Of a DNA stretch of 64,000 bases, positions 18,628-27,597 are shown one piece after another. Location of the stretch: positions 45,647 to 109,646 of the forward strand of contig CAMDAH010000006.1 of assembly GCA_945888625.1 (NCBI GenBank), written 5' to 3'. The notes beneath the pieces are model-generated. The model had not been told where the DNA came from. It ran no database searches and saw only the letters and a program-made list of their open reading frames with translations. The translations under genes and the position numbers were made by a program. The stretch comes from Chryseobacterium gleum (GTDB lineage Bacteria > Bacteroidota > Bacteroidia > Flavobacteriales_D > Crocinitomicaceae). Within the stretch, counting starts at the first letter, position 1. Every line of letters starts with the position of its first letter.

Positions 18628-19778
18628 AAAAATTGATTATTTTAATGCTGTCCTTATTTTTAGTTTTGAGCGCTTGTGGAGAAGATGAAAAAGATGTAAT
18701 ACTTGAAAATAATTTCAATATTTCAGGTAAAGTTCTCCATGCCAACGGGTTGACTATTTCTGTAAATGCACCAAGCCAAAACGGAAATGTAGCTGTAGCC
18801 AGCAGCACCATAAATAGTGACGGCACATTTTCTATCGATGGCAATCTTCCCGGCTTGGGCTATTATGTTATCACTATCGGAAACGAACAAAAAAATAGCG
18901 TGCCTTTAGCACTCAATATAAACGATCGACTAAAGATAAACACTTCTTTTGAGTCATTTACCAACAACATAAACGCCTCCGGTACGTCATGGGCTTCAAC
19001 GATGAATGATTACCTCAAACTGAGGAGTGCGTTTGAATTAACAATGGCTGAAGTAGCTGCGGAACAAGAAACCTTGAATGAAGAAGCGTTTGGTTTAAAA
19101 CTAAACGAATCAAAAAAACCGATCGAAGATTACGCGAGAAAGCAAATAGCAAAAGTACCGGATAGTCCATACAATATTATACTCGTCATGGAATTATTCC
19201 CGACCGTTGGCTTTGAAACATGGAATGCTGACAACCTTAATTATTTGAATCTGATACGTACCGCCTATCAAAAAAAATACGGTGATTCTCCCGCGTCCCA
19301 ATCTGTGGCCTCACAATATGAACAGATTAATGCAGGTTACGAACAATTCAAATCCATTGAAAATGCGACTATGAATGCCCCCGACTTTACCCTAACAACA
19401 CCCGATGGTAACCCGTTATCGCTTTCCTCACTAAAAGGCAATGTGGTTTTAATCGACTTTTGGGCGTCGTGGTGTGGACCTTGTCGAAAAGAAAATCCCA
19501 ACTTAGTAAAATTGTACAAAACTTTCAAAGACAGGGGGTTTACCATTTTATCGGTGTCGTTAGATGATAATGAAACAGCTTGGAAAAATGCGATTTCGAC
19601 AGATGGATTGATTTGGCCTAGTCATGTGAGTGATTTAAAAGGATGGGAATCCCCAATGACAAGAGCTTACGGATTTAATTCTATTCCGCATACCGTACTT
19701 GTAACTAAAGAAGGAAAAATTTGTGGCGTTGGTTTACGAGGAGAAGTATTAATTAAAAAAATTAAAAGTATTTTATAA
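18624..19778 (+). CDS. TlpA-family thiol:disulfide oxidoreductase lipoprotein (N-terminal DUF4369-like + thioredoxin fold)
   Basis: Lipobox LSAC, and a WASWCGPC active site in the C-terminal AhpC/TSA-like domain. Confidence 0.8.
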   Translation: MKKLIILMLSLFLVLSACGEDEKDVILENNFNISGKVLHANGLTISVNAPSQNGNVAVASSTINSDGTFSIDGNLPGLGYYVITIGNEQKNSVPLALNINDRLKINTSFESFTNNINASGTSWASTMNDYLKLRSAFELTMAEVAAEQETLNEEAFGLKLNESKKPIEDYARKQIAKVPDSPYNIILVMELFPTVGFETWNADNLNYLNLIRTAYQKKYGDSPASQSVASQYEQINAGYEQFKSIENATMNAPDFTLTTPDGNPLSLSSLKGNVVLIDFWASWCGPCRKENPNLVKLYKTFKDRGFTILSVSLDDNETAWKNAISTDGLIWPSHVSDLKGWESPMTRAYGFNSIPHTVLVTKEGKICGVGLRGEVLIKKIKSIL

Positions 19779-19787
19779 TTTTAAGCT

Positions 19788-20924
19788 ATGAAAAAAGGAC
19801 TTCTATTATTTTTTATTGCAACGCTTATCAGCGGAGTATTTGCTCAAGACAAAATAAATGTAACTGTATCTGGGAGCATATTTAACGCAGACTTTGACTC
19901 GGTTAAAATTTCACATTTTTTTGGGAAATATTACAAAGATTATTTATCAGTGCCTATTGATAAAAAAGGAAATTTCACCATTAAAGGGGTTCTTCCTTCC
20001 ATGGATTATTACGTTTTACGTGTTGGAAAAAGTCAAGTGCATCTTATTCTTCGCGATAAAAGCGACCTCAAAGTTTATGGAGATGGAAAAAAAATAAATC
20101 AATTTTGCAATATTGTCAATTCGGATGAATCGGATGCGATGAACAAATTTTCCAATCGAATGGACCGATGGAATATCAAAAGTGATTCCGCAATGACAGC
20201 GATTAAGAGAGACACATCTCAAGCAAAAGCCATTAACGATTACATGAGCAAAGAATTTTTGCATTATCAAAATGAGCGACAAGAATTCATCGCCTCGAAC
20301 CAAAATTCACCGGCCTTAATTATTGCTTTAGTTGGAATGAATATAGAGAATGAATTTGAAGCTTATGAAGCCATTATGAATCAAATTATTAACGCTTTTG
20401 GCAATAGTCCAACGGTTAAAGAGTATGCAAAATATGTACAAGGTGTTAAAGAAAAAAAGATTTCGGAAGCAAAGAGTGCCGAAGATGCATCACTTTTAAA
20501 TCCAGGTAAAATGGCACCTGTATTTGAGGAATTGGGCTTAGATAGAAAAACATCGTATAGTCTTGCGAATTTAAAGGGTAAGGTGGTACTAATTGATTTT
20601 TGGGCGTCGTGGTGCGGCCCTTGCAGAAAAGAAAATCCAAACGTTGTCAAGACGTATGAAAAATATAAAAATGATGGTTTTACTGTGATGAGTGTATCAC
20701 TAGACACTGATAAAGACAAATGGAATGCTGCTATAAAGCAAGATAAACTGACATGGGATAATCACGTGAGTGACTTAGGGGGTTGGAATAGCCGAGTAGG
20801 GAAAATGTATGGTGTTAATAGTGTCCCTTTTACAGTGCTCATTGATCAGGAAGGTAAAATTATTAATACTAACCTTCGTGGGGAAGCACTAGAAAATGAA
20901 CTGCGGAAAATTTTTAACCATTAA
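19788..20924 (+). CDS. TlpA-family thiol:disulfide oxidoreductase (tandem paralog)
   Basis: Same architecture and the identical VVLIDFWASWCGPCRKENPN block as the upstream gene. Confidence 0.8.
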   Translation: MKKGLLLFFIATLISGVFAQDKINVTVSGSIFNADFDSVKISHFFGKYYKDYLSVPIDKKGNFTIKGVLPSMDYYVLRVGKSQVHLILRDKSDLKVYGDGKKINQFCNIVNSDESDAMNKFSNRMDRWNIKSDSAMTAIKRDTSQAKAINDYMSKEFLHYQNERQEFIASNQNSPALIIALVGMNIENEFEAYEAIMNQIINAFGNSPTVKEYAKYVQGVKEKKISEAKSAEDASLLNPGKMAPVFEELGLDRKTSYSLANLKGKVVLIDFWASWCGPCRKENPNVVKTYEKYKNDGFTVMSVSLDTDKDKWNAAIKQDKLTWDNHVSDLGGWNSRVGKMYGVNSVPFTVLIDQEGKIINTNLRGEALENELRKIFNH

Positions 20925-20927
20925 AAA

Positions 20928-21716
20928 TTGGCTACGGAGAAAACGAATATCTATTTTGCATCTGATTTTCATTTAGGGGCACCCAATTGGACAAGTAGCC
21001 TCATCCGAGAAAAAAAAATAATTGCTTGGTTAAATGAAATTGAAAAAGACGCTGCAGAAATTTATTTTGTAGGCGATGTCTTCGATTTTTGGTTTGAATA
21101 CAAAGAGGTTGTGCCAAAAGGATATGTTCGTTTACTGGGGAAATTAGCAAACCTAAACGACGCAGGTGTGAAACTTCATTTTTTTATAGGTAACCATGAC
21201 ATGTGGTTATTTGACTACCTAGAAAAAGAAATAGGCGCCAAAATTTACAAGCAACCTTTACTTCGGAAGATTAATGAGAAGATTTTCTTTATCGGACATG
21301 GCGATGGACTTGGGCCTGGCGATCTGAAATATAAAATTATTAAGAAATTTTTTCGAAGTAAAGTATGCCAATGGGCATTTGCACGTATTCATCCAAACTT
21401 TGGCATTGGAATCGCAAAATATTTTTCTAAACGAAGTCGCATATCAACAGGAAACAATGATGAAAAATTTCTAGGAAAAGAAAATGAATGGCTCCACCAT
21501 TACGCCAAAGGAATTTTAAAAACCCAAGAAGTGGATTATTTTATTTTTGGACACCGGCATCTACCCATTGAATTAAACATCGATCGAGCTATTTATTTTA
21601 ATTTGGGTGAATGGCTCAACCATTGTACTTTTCTTCAATTTGATGGCCAAAATGCAAGCATGAAAAAATGGAAAAATGATGCAATAGTGCCATTTATTTT
21701 CAATGAAAAAAATTAA
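20928..21716 (+). CDS. lpxH: UDP-2,3-diacylglucosamine diphosphatase (LpxH-type metallophosphoesterase)
   Basis: DFHLG, GDVFDFW, GNHDMW and GHRH motifs. The only in-frame start upstream of DFHLG is TTG at 20928. Confidence 0.7.
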   Translation: MATEKTNIYFASDFHLGAPNWTSSLIREKKIIAWLNEIEKDAAEIYFVGDVFDFWFEYKEVVPKGYVRLLGKLANLNDAGVKLHFFIGNHDMWLFDYLEKEIGAKIYKQPLLRKINEKIFFIGHGDGLGPGDLKYKIIKKFFRSKVCQWAFARIHPNFGIGIAKYFSKRSRISTGNNDEKFLGKENEWLHHYAKGILKTQEVDYFIFGHRHLPIELNIDRAIYFNLGEWLNHCTFLQFDGQNASMKKWKNDAIVPFIFNEKN

Positions 21717-22134
21717 GCAAGCCAACGAATATGTAATCAATGACATCGATGAAATCGATTCATTTGCCGAATTATTTTTTACCAAAATAATTGGTCCGTC
21801 CTGCATTGCTTTTTCGGGAGAAATGGGAACAGGAAAAACAACAATTATCACAGCTTTACTTAAAAAATTAGGTGTTGAAAATACCCAAGGTTCGCCCACC
21901 TACTCGATTATTCAATCCTATTTACTACCAGAGAAAGAAAATTGCTACCACTTAGACGCTTACAGAATTGAGAACGAAACAGAAGCATTTCAAATAGGCC
22001 TAGAAGAACTTTTTGAAGTAAATGCCTATTTCTTTGTGGAATGGCCTGAAAAAATTGTCAACTTTCTTCCAATTGACACGATTTGGGTGTATATTCGTGA
22101 AGTAGAGCAAAATAAACGAATGATAACTTTTTAA
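21703..22134 (+). CDS. tsaE: tRNA t6A37 threonylcarbamoyl transfer ATPase TsaE
   Basis: 143 aa with P-loop GEMGTGKTT and a HLDAYR motif. It overlaps lpxH by 14 nt. Confidence 0.85.
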   Translation: MKKIKQANEYVINDIDEIDSFAELFFTKIIGPSCIAFSGEMGTGKTTIITALLKKLGVENTQGSPTYSIIQSYLLPEKENCYHLDAYRIENETEAFQIGLEELFEVNAYFFVEWPEKIVNFLPIDTIWVYIREVEQNKRMITF

Positions 22135-22135
22135 G

Positions 22136-23356
22136 ATGATTACAGATCCCGAAGTACTAAAAACGCTTATGCAGCAGGGTAAATTTTTGCCGCAAGAGGA
22201 AATGCTTGAAATTGAAAGGAAAAGAGGTAGTTTGAAAATTGGTATCCCAAAAGAAACGTCTTTTCAGGAAAGACGCGTTGCTTTGGTGCCGGAGGCAGTG
22301 TCGCTTCTAGTTTCTAATGGCCACAGGGTGTTGATTGAATCGAAAGCGGGGGAAAATGCAAACTTTTCAGATAACGAATACAGTGAAGCAGGAGCCGAAA
22401 TTGCCTCGGACAAAAATTCAATTTATACCTGTGATATAATTTTCAAAGTGGCTCCGCCCACTGAAGAAGAAGTTGACTTAATGAGCGGCAATCAATTATT
22501 TATTTCGGCGCTGCAAATTGCTACCCAACCAAAAGCAATTCTTCAAAAATTAATGAAAAAGAAAATTACAGCAGTTGCATGGGATTACATCAAAGATGAG
22601 GAAGGGCTATTTTCTATTGTAAGAACAATGGGAGAAATAGCAGGAACAACGTCTATTTTAGTTGCAGCAGAATTACTTTCTTCTTTCTCGGCAGGAAAAG
22701 GATTAATGCTGGGTGGAATCGCAGGTGTGCAACCTACTGAGGTAGTAGTTATTGGTGCCGGTACTGTAGGCGAATTTGCCACCAGGGCAGCAATTGGATT
22801 AGGTGCCTCGGTAAAGGTATTTGACAATTCACTTACGCGATTACGTAGGTTACAAAATGATATTGGAACGCGTGTATTTACCTCAATTATTCAACCAAAA
22901 GTTTTAGCTAAAGCAATTCGCAGAGCTGACGTAGTTATCGGTGCTTTACGATCCGAATCTGGAAAAACACCCTGCGTAGTTTCGGAGGAAATGATCCAGC
23001 AAATGAAAACTGGTTCCGTATTAGTTGATATTAGTATCGATCAAGGTGGTTGCTTTGCAACGTCTCAAGTAACGAATCACAATGATCCCATTTTTATAAA
23101 ACATGGTATAATTCACTATTGCGTACCAAACATTGCTTCGAGAGTTTCAAGAACAGCATCTTTTGCCTTGTCGAATATCTTTTCACCACTTATCCTAGAA
23201 ATGGGAAATAAAGGCGGTGCAGCGGAGTTAATTAAAAGTCATCAGGGATTTAGGAATGGCGTATATATTTACCGTGGAGTGCTTACCAATGAAGTTTTGG
23301 GAAAAGTATTTGATCTGAACTATAAGGATATCAACTTGCTCCTTTATGGTATGTAA
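22136..23356 (+). CDS. ald: alanine dehydrogenase / PNT-like NAD(H)-binding protein
   Basis: 406 aa with the AlaDh_PNT N- and C-domain layout and a Rossmann loop VIGAGTVG. Confidence 0.65.
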   Translation: MITDPEVLKTLMQQGKFLPQEEMLEIERKRGSLKIGIPKETSFQERRVALVPEAVSLLVSNGHRVLIESKAGENANFSDNEYSEAGAEIASDKNSIYTCDIIFKVAPPTEEEVDLMSGNQLFISALQIATQPKAILQKLMKKKITAVAWDYIKDEEGLFSIVRTMGEIAGTTSILVAAELLSSFSAGKGLMLGGIAGVQPTEVVVIGAGTVGEFATRAAIGLGASVKVFDNSLTRLRRLQNDIGTRVFTSIIQPKVLAKAIRRADVVIGALRSESGKTPCVVSEEMIQQMKTGSVLVDISIDQGGCFATSQVTNHNDPIFIKHGIIHYCVPNIASRVSRTASFALSNIFSPLILEMGNKGGAAELIKSHQGFRNGVYIYRGVLTNEVLGKVFDLNYKDINLLLYGM

Positions 23357-23805
23357 TGCAACAGCTTACTCCACTAATTTTCCCGAAGGCAGACTTGCTT
23401 CTTACTAAAAAAAAAGAGGTGCTTCACGTTAATTGCTTGGTAAGAAAAAAAATAGTGGTGCTTAGTCCCGAGGAATGGGTTAGGCAACACGTTCTCCATT
23501 TTTTAGTTAATTTTAAGGATTATCCGCTTTCCAGACTTTCGGTAGAAAAGTCTATTAATTACAACGGATTAACAAAAAGATGGGATATCGTTGCCTACGA
23601 TGCTGACTTCAAACCAAAACTTTTAGTGGAATGCAAACAAACGGAAGTCAACATCGGACTCGATACCTTGATGCAAGTTGCGAGTTATCAAAAGATAATT
23701 CAATCAGAGCATATTTTACTGACAAACGGTAAACAAGTACTTCACTTTGCCATCAATAAGAACAATCATTATTCATCAAGTATTGATACTATTGCAGGAT
23801 ACTAA
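23356..23805 (+). CDS. HsdR N-terminal-like PD-(D/E)xK domain protein (stand-alone)
   Basis: 149 aa. WDIVAYD...LLVECK gives a D...ExK nuclease-fold signature. Its ATG overlaps the ald stop (TAATG). Confidence 0.6.
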   Translation: MQQLTPLIFPKADLLLTKKKEVLHVNCLVRKKIVVLSPEEWVRQHVLHFLVNFKDYPLSRLSVEKSINYNGLTKRWDIVAYDADFKPKLLVECKQTEVNIGLDTLMQVASYQKIIQSEHILLTNGKQVLHFAINKNNHYSSSIDTIAGY

Positions 23806-24353
23806 TTGGGATTTATCACCCAATCCCCAGATTTCATTTTGTGAAACTCTCTAGCTAAATAAGCCAATTGAATGCGCATAGTGTCTAGCGCCTCCTCTGT
23901 TTCTTGTGTGATTTCTGTTTTTCGCACTTTTAATTGCAACTTCATATTCATGGCGTGTAAAAGCACTTCAACGTCGTGGTTACCCGACATCGCTGACTTT
24001 TTCTTGAATTCATCCATAGATTCCTTTGATGTTTCAACAAGCGTAAGGTATTTACTGTCTTTGACAACTGAAAGTAAAGTATTGTGCAAGAAGATTAATT
24101 CAGAAGTCAGCTCTTCCACCGCACCGATATGCCCCTTCTTTTCTTTGCCTGTTTGCTGTAATTCGTATGCAATGGAAGAATACCATTTTTCATATTGAAC
24201 TAAAAAAGAAGCATCCGGTAGTTGAACCGAAACATATTGCTCCATTAACAAGGGGATATTAAACATGAATTTCCTTATTACATCTTCAATGTGATACATG
24301 TACAGGATATACTCAGCGATGTTTTCAGACTTTTTTTTAAGCGCTACCTGCAT
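23802..24353 (-). CDS. DUF4924-like protein
   Basis: 183 aa. The N-terminal NIAEYILYMYHIEDVIR pattern is typical of this Bacteroidota family. Confidence 0.55.
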   Translation of the reverse strand: MQVALKKKSENIAEYILYMYHIEDVIRKFMFNIPLLMEQYVSVQLPDASFLVQYEKWYSSIAYELQQTGKEKKGHIGAVEELTSELIFLHNTLLSVVKDSKYLTLVETSKESMDEFKKKSAMSGNHDVEVLLHAMNMKLQLKVRKTEITQETEEALDTMRIQLAYLAREFHKMKSGDWVINPN

Positions 24354-24952
24354 TATTTCCTCAAATCATTTTCTATGGTTACTTGATTTTGATTTAAAAA
24401 ATCAATGAATTCCTTGGTGACATCCATCGATGGATTTATGTAATTCAATTGCCCGCCATCTCCATGAATCATCATCACATCAATTTGATTTAGTTCACAA
24501 AACTTTTTTCCAAGGGCCTCAATCTTTTTACTTATCTCCTCCAATTTCAACATGGTCTCTTCCTCTAATTTTGCGCCTTCGACTTGCTGGTATTGCATAG
24601 CTGATTGTTCCATCTGTTGGGCCTTTTGCTGAATTTGGACTAGCTCATTTTGCGAAAGTAAGCCACTCCTTTCTTTTTCGGAGTTTCGCTGAATATATTG
24701 CTGTAACTCGGTGGAACGTCGTTGTAACTCTGCCTGGAAAATCTTTTGTTTTTTGGTGACAATGGCGTCTTGCTGCTTGTAAAATAGAAAGTTTACCTTA
24801 ATACTATCATTTGAATAATATACTATTTTCAGGCCATTTAAATCCCTTGACACCACAGTGGGTTTTGCTGCTTTTTTTACTTTTTCCGATTTAGAATTGC
24901 ATGCAACCATAATTAAAGAACCCAATAAAATAATGACTAGACTATTTTTCAT
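24353..24952 (-). CDS. OmpH/Skp-like periplasmic chaperone lipoprotein
   Basis: Signal peptide with lipobox (LIMVACNS) and a Q/E-rich coiled-coil body. The start is set to the ATG at 24952, since the track start at 24961 is TTG. Confidence 0.65.
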   Translation of the reverse strand: MKNSLVIILLGSLIMVACNSKSEKVKKAAKPTVVSRDLNGLKIVYYSNDSIKVNFLFYKQQDAIVTKKQKIFQAELQRRSTELQQYIQRNSEKERSGLLSQNELVQIQQKAQQMEQSAMQYQQVEGAKLEEETMLKLEEISKKIEALGKKFCELNQIDVMMIHGDGGQLNYINPSMDVTKEFIDFLNQNQVTIENDLRK

Positions 24953-24957
24953 ATTAA

Positions 24958-25191
24958 TCAATTTTTAAAATTAATTCGATCATTTCGCATACTAATAAAA
25001 CGCTCCAGGCAATTGGCGAAAAATTCGTCTGTTAGAAATTTATCCAATAAATCTATATCTACAAGGTCGTCTTTTTCAAACTTGAAAATCTGTTCATAGG
25101 CATCTAAGGTAATTTTCAATAAATACTTGGAATTGTATTCGTGTACTTGAATTAAATACCTAGTGTGGGAAATTTCTTTAACCAAACGCAT
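24958..25191 (-). CDS. small hypothetical protein (77 aa)
   Basis: First gene of the OmpH-like/DUF4924 operon. The start is set to the ATG at 25191, since the track start at 25197 is TTG and lies inside a -7 box. Confidence 0.45.
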   Translation of the reverse strand: MRLVKEISHTRYLIQVHEYNSKYLLKITLDAYEQIFKFEKDDLVDIDLLDKFLTDEFFANCLERFISMRNDRINFKN

Positions 25192-25194
25192 ATT

Positions 25195-25202
25195 CAAAAT
25201 TA
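25195..25202 (-). promoter_or_regulatory. -7 box (TAATTTTG) 3 nt from the ATG at 25191
   Basis: The minus strand reads TAATTTTG-AAT-ATG. Confidence 0.45.
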
Positions 25203-25526
25203 ACGTAAAATTTTATATCACACCACTGTTTAACTATTTCACAATAGGCTAATGATGAAATCGCTCACGTGTAAGCGTGAAAAATGTTGATTGCAACCAA
25301 AACTAAAAAAATAGTTTTACCACATGGACCTGTTGAATAATTTACCAGCATAATTTTGATAATCAACTGAAAACAACTCGATTTTTGAGCGCGTCCGAAT
25401 AAATAGCTAGTTTGAATTATTATTTCGCATGAAATAAAATACTTTTTATTGTGCAAAGCAAATTATTTGTTTTAATTTCGAACTTATTATGTTTAATTTG
25501 AAGAGTTTTAGTTTGTTGTTTTCTCT

Positions 25527-26117
25527 ATGACCAGTATTTTTGTTGCCAAACTAGACTTTGGCGTTACTAATGACCAGCTAAGACAATTGTTTGAACAACA
25601 CGGAAAAGTACTTAAAGCAAGTGTTGCCACAGATAGAGAAACCGGAAAATCCCGAGGTTTTGGTTTTGTTGAAATGTCGGACGCCGGAGAAGCGAATACA
25701 GCAATTAGGGCATTAGACGGTTATCTCGTTAATGGTCGACCAATTGCCGTTAAGGAAGCTGAGCAGCGAAATAATACGAAAAGTCCAGGCGCAGCATCAG
25801 GAACATCAAAACCTTACACGCCTCCGGGAAGTCAAACTCCTAGACAGGCATCAGACGAATCGGAAGATAGATTTGAGTCTAAACCTAGTTTTACCTTACC
25901 GCTAACTGAAGGATTAAAAATTGAACCTAGAAAAAAGGTTAATAAAGATAAAAAAACGCCCGACAAAGATACTGACAATCGTAGCAAAAAGCCCAAAATG
26001 GACGCCTACAAAAAGTCAGGTAAAAAATCATCTTTTTTCAATGACGACGACGATATAGACGATGATTTGTTATCTTTTAGACGTCAAGATGACGACGAAG
26101 ACGTTGAGGAAGATTAA
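25527..26117 (+). CDS. RRM-domain RNA-binding protein with long disordered basic/acidic tail
   Basis: RNP2 IFVAKL and RNP1 RGFGFVEM in the first ~80 aa. These are followed by ~115 aa of low-complexity sequence ending in DDDDIDDDLLSFRRQDDDEDVEED. Confidence 0.85.
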   Translation: MTSIFVAKLDFGVTNDQLRQLFEQHGKVLKASVATDRETGKSRGFGFVEMSDAGEANTAIRALDGYLVNGRPIAVKEAEQRNNTKSPGAASGTSKPYTPPGSQTPRQASDESEDRFESKPSFTLPLTEGLKIEPRKKVNKDKKTPDKDTDNRSKKPKMDAYKKSGKKSSFFNDDDDIDDDLLSFRRQDDDEDVEED

Positions 26118-26167
26118 TTTCATTAATTTCATTTCGGCTTAAATTGTAATTTTACAGCCAAACCTTT

Positions 26168-27583
26168 ATGAATTTAACCCAACATCTCAATCATCCAGTA
26201 TTTAAAGTAATCTCCAAATACGCAACAGAAAATTCAATCCCTGCTTACGTAATTGGTGGCTTTGTTCGCGATTTAATTTTGGATCGACCGTCTAAAGACA
26301 TCGACATCGTTGTAATAGGAGATGGCCCTGCCTTCGCAACTGAAATTGCTAGAATAATGAAGGTGAAAAATTTGACCATATTTAAAACGTACGGAACAGC
26401 CCATTTTGCTTACAAAAACCTTAGCGTAGAATTTGTAGGAGCGCGAAAAGAATCCTATAAAAATGAATCTAGAAACCCAACAACTGAGGCCGGGAGTTTA
26501 CAAGACGACCAAAACAGGAGAGATTTTACGATTAATGCCCTTGCAATAAATTTAGTTGGCGATTTATTTGGACAACTCGTTGATCCGTTCAATGGCCTTG
26601 ACGACTTAGAAGTTGGCTTACTTCGATCACCTTTAGATCCTGAAATCACATTCAGTGATGACCCATTGCGAATGATGAGAGCAATCCGCTTTGCCACTCA
26701 ATTAAACTTTAAAATTGAAAGTAATTGTTTAAAAGCAATACAAAAAAATGCGGAACGAATTGAAATAATTACTAAGGAAAGAATCAGCGAAGAATTAAAT
26801 AAAATTATTCTGTCGAAACAGCCATCAAGAGGTTTTAAATTACTGCGCTCCACGAACTTACTCGCAAGAATATTTCCTGAATTATTAACACTTGAAGGTG
26901 TTGAAACCATCGATGGAAAAAGTCACAAAGATAATTTTCTTCATACGCTTGATGTACTTGATAATATCGCTGAATTTACAGACAACCTCTGGTTGCGGTG
27001 GGCTGCGATATTACACGATATTGCAAAACCACCCACTAAGCGATTTGATAAAGTGGTCGGATGGACTTTCCATGGCCATGAGGACTTGGGGGCAAAAATG
27101 GTTCCTAAACTATTCAAATCAATGAAATTACCGCTCGATCACAAGATGAAATATGTTCAAAAATTAGTTCGTCTACACTTGCGACCAATTGCACTCGTTA
27201 AAGGAACTGTTACCGATTCAGCAATCAGACGATTACTTAGTGAAGCGGGAGACGATATTGACGATTTAATGTTGTTGTGTAATGCCGACATCACATCTAA
27301 AAATGAATTTAAAGTAAAAAAATATAAAAGTAATTTTGAATTAGTTGCTGAAAAATTAAAACAAGTAGAGGAAAAAGACCGCATTCGGAATTTTCAACCA
27401 CCCATCACAGGTGCATATATAATGGAAACCTTTGGAATTTCACCCTGTGCGGAAATTGGTACATTAAAAAACCTTATCAAAGAGGCCATATTAGAAGGTA
27501 AAATCAATAATAATTTCGAGGAAGCTAAAGAAGAAATGCTAATTTTGGGAAAGTCGATGGGACTTACCATTTCAAAAAAATAA
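26168..27583 (+). CDS. CCA tRNA nucleotidyltransferase / poly(A) polymerase family protein with HD domain
   Basis: 471 aa with GGFVRDLILDRPSKDIDIVV, the RRDFTINA motif, and an HD region (LHDIAKP). Confidence 0.85.
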   Translation: MNLTQHLNHPVFKVISKYATENSIPAYVIGGFVRDLILDRPSKDIDIVVIGDGPAFATEIARIMKVKNLTIFKTYGTAHFAYKNLSVEFVGARKESYKNESRNPTTEAGSLQDDQNRRDFTINALAINLVGDLFGQLVDPFNGLDDLEVGLLRSPLDPEITFSDDPLRMMRAIRFATQLNFKIESNCLKAIQKNAERIEIITKERISEELNKIILSKQPSRGFKLLRSTNLLARIFPELLTLEGVETIDGKSHKDNFLHTLDVLDNIAEFTDNLWLRWAAILHDIAKPPTKRFDKVVGWTFHGHEDLGAKMVPKLFKSMKLPLDHKMKYVQKLVRLHLRPIALVKGTVTDSAIRRLLSEAGDDIDDLMLLCNADITSKNEFKVKKYKSNFELVAEKLKQVEEKDRIRNFQPPITGAYIMETFGISPCAEIGTLKNLIKEAILEGKINNNFEEAKEEMLILGKSMGLTISKK

Positions 27584-27597
27584 TTTAATAAAAAACC

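Noticed and set aside
23356-23805. HsdR N-terminal-like protein as evidence of a type I restriction-modification system
   Set aside because: There is no HsdM, HsdS or helicase/motor domain anywhere in the window. The gene is translationally coupled to ald in a housekeeping context.
25265-25456. 63-aa minus-strand ORF, the only ORF inside the long gap between the OmpH-like operon and the RRM gene
   Set aside because: The sequence is low-complexity and hydrophobic/AT-codon-driven. It has no promoter box or coupling, and it sits inside a divergent promoter region. It is most likely non-coding.
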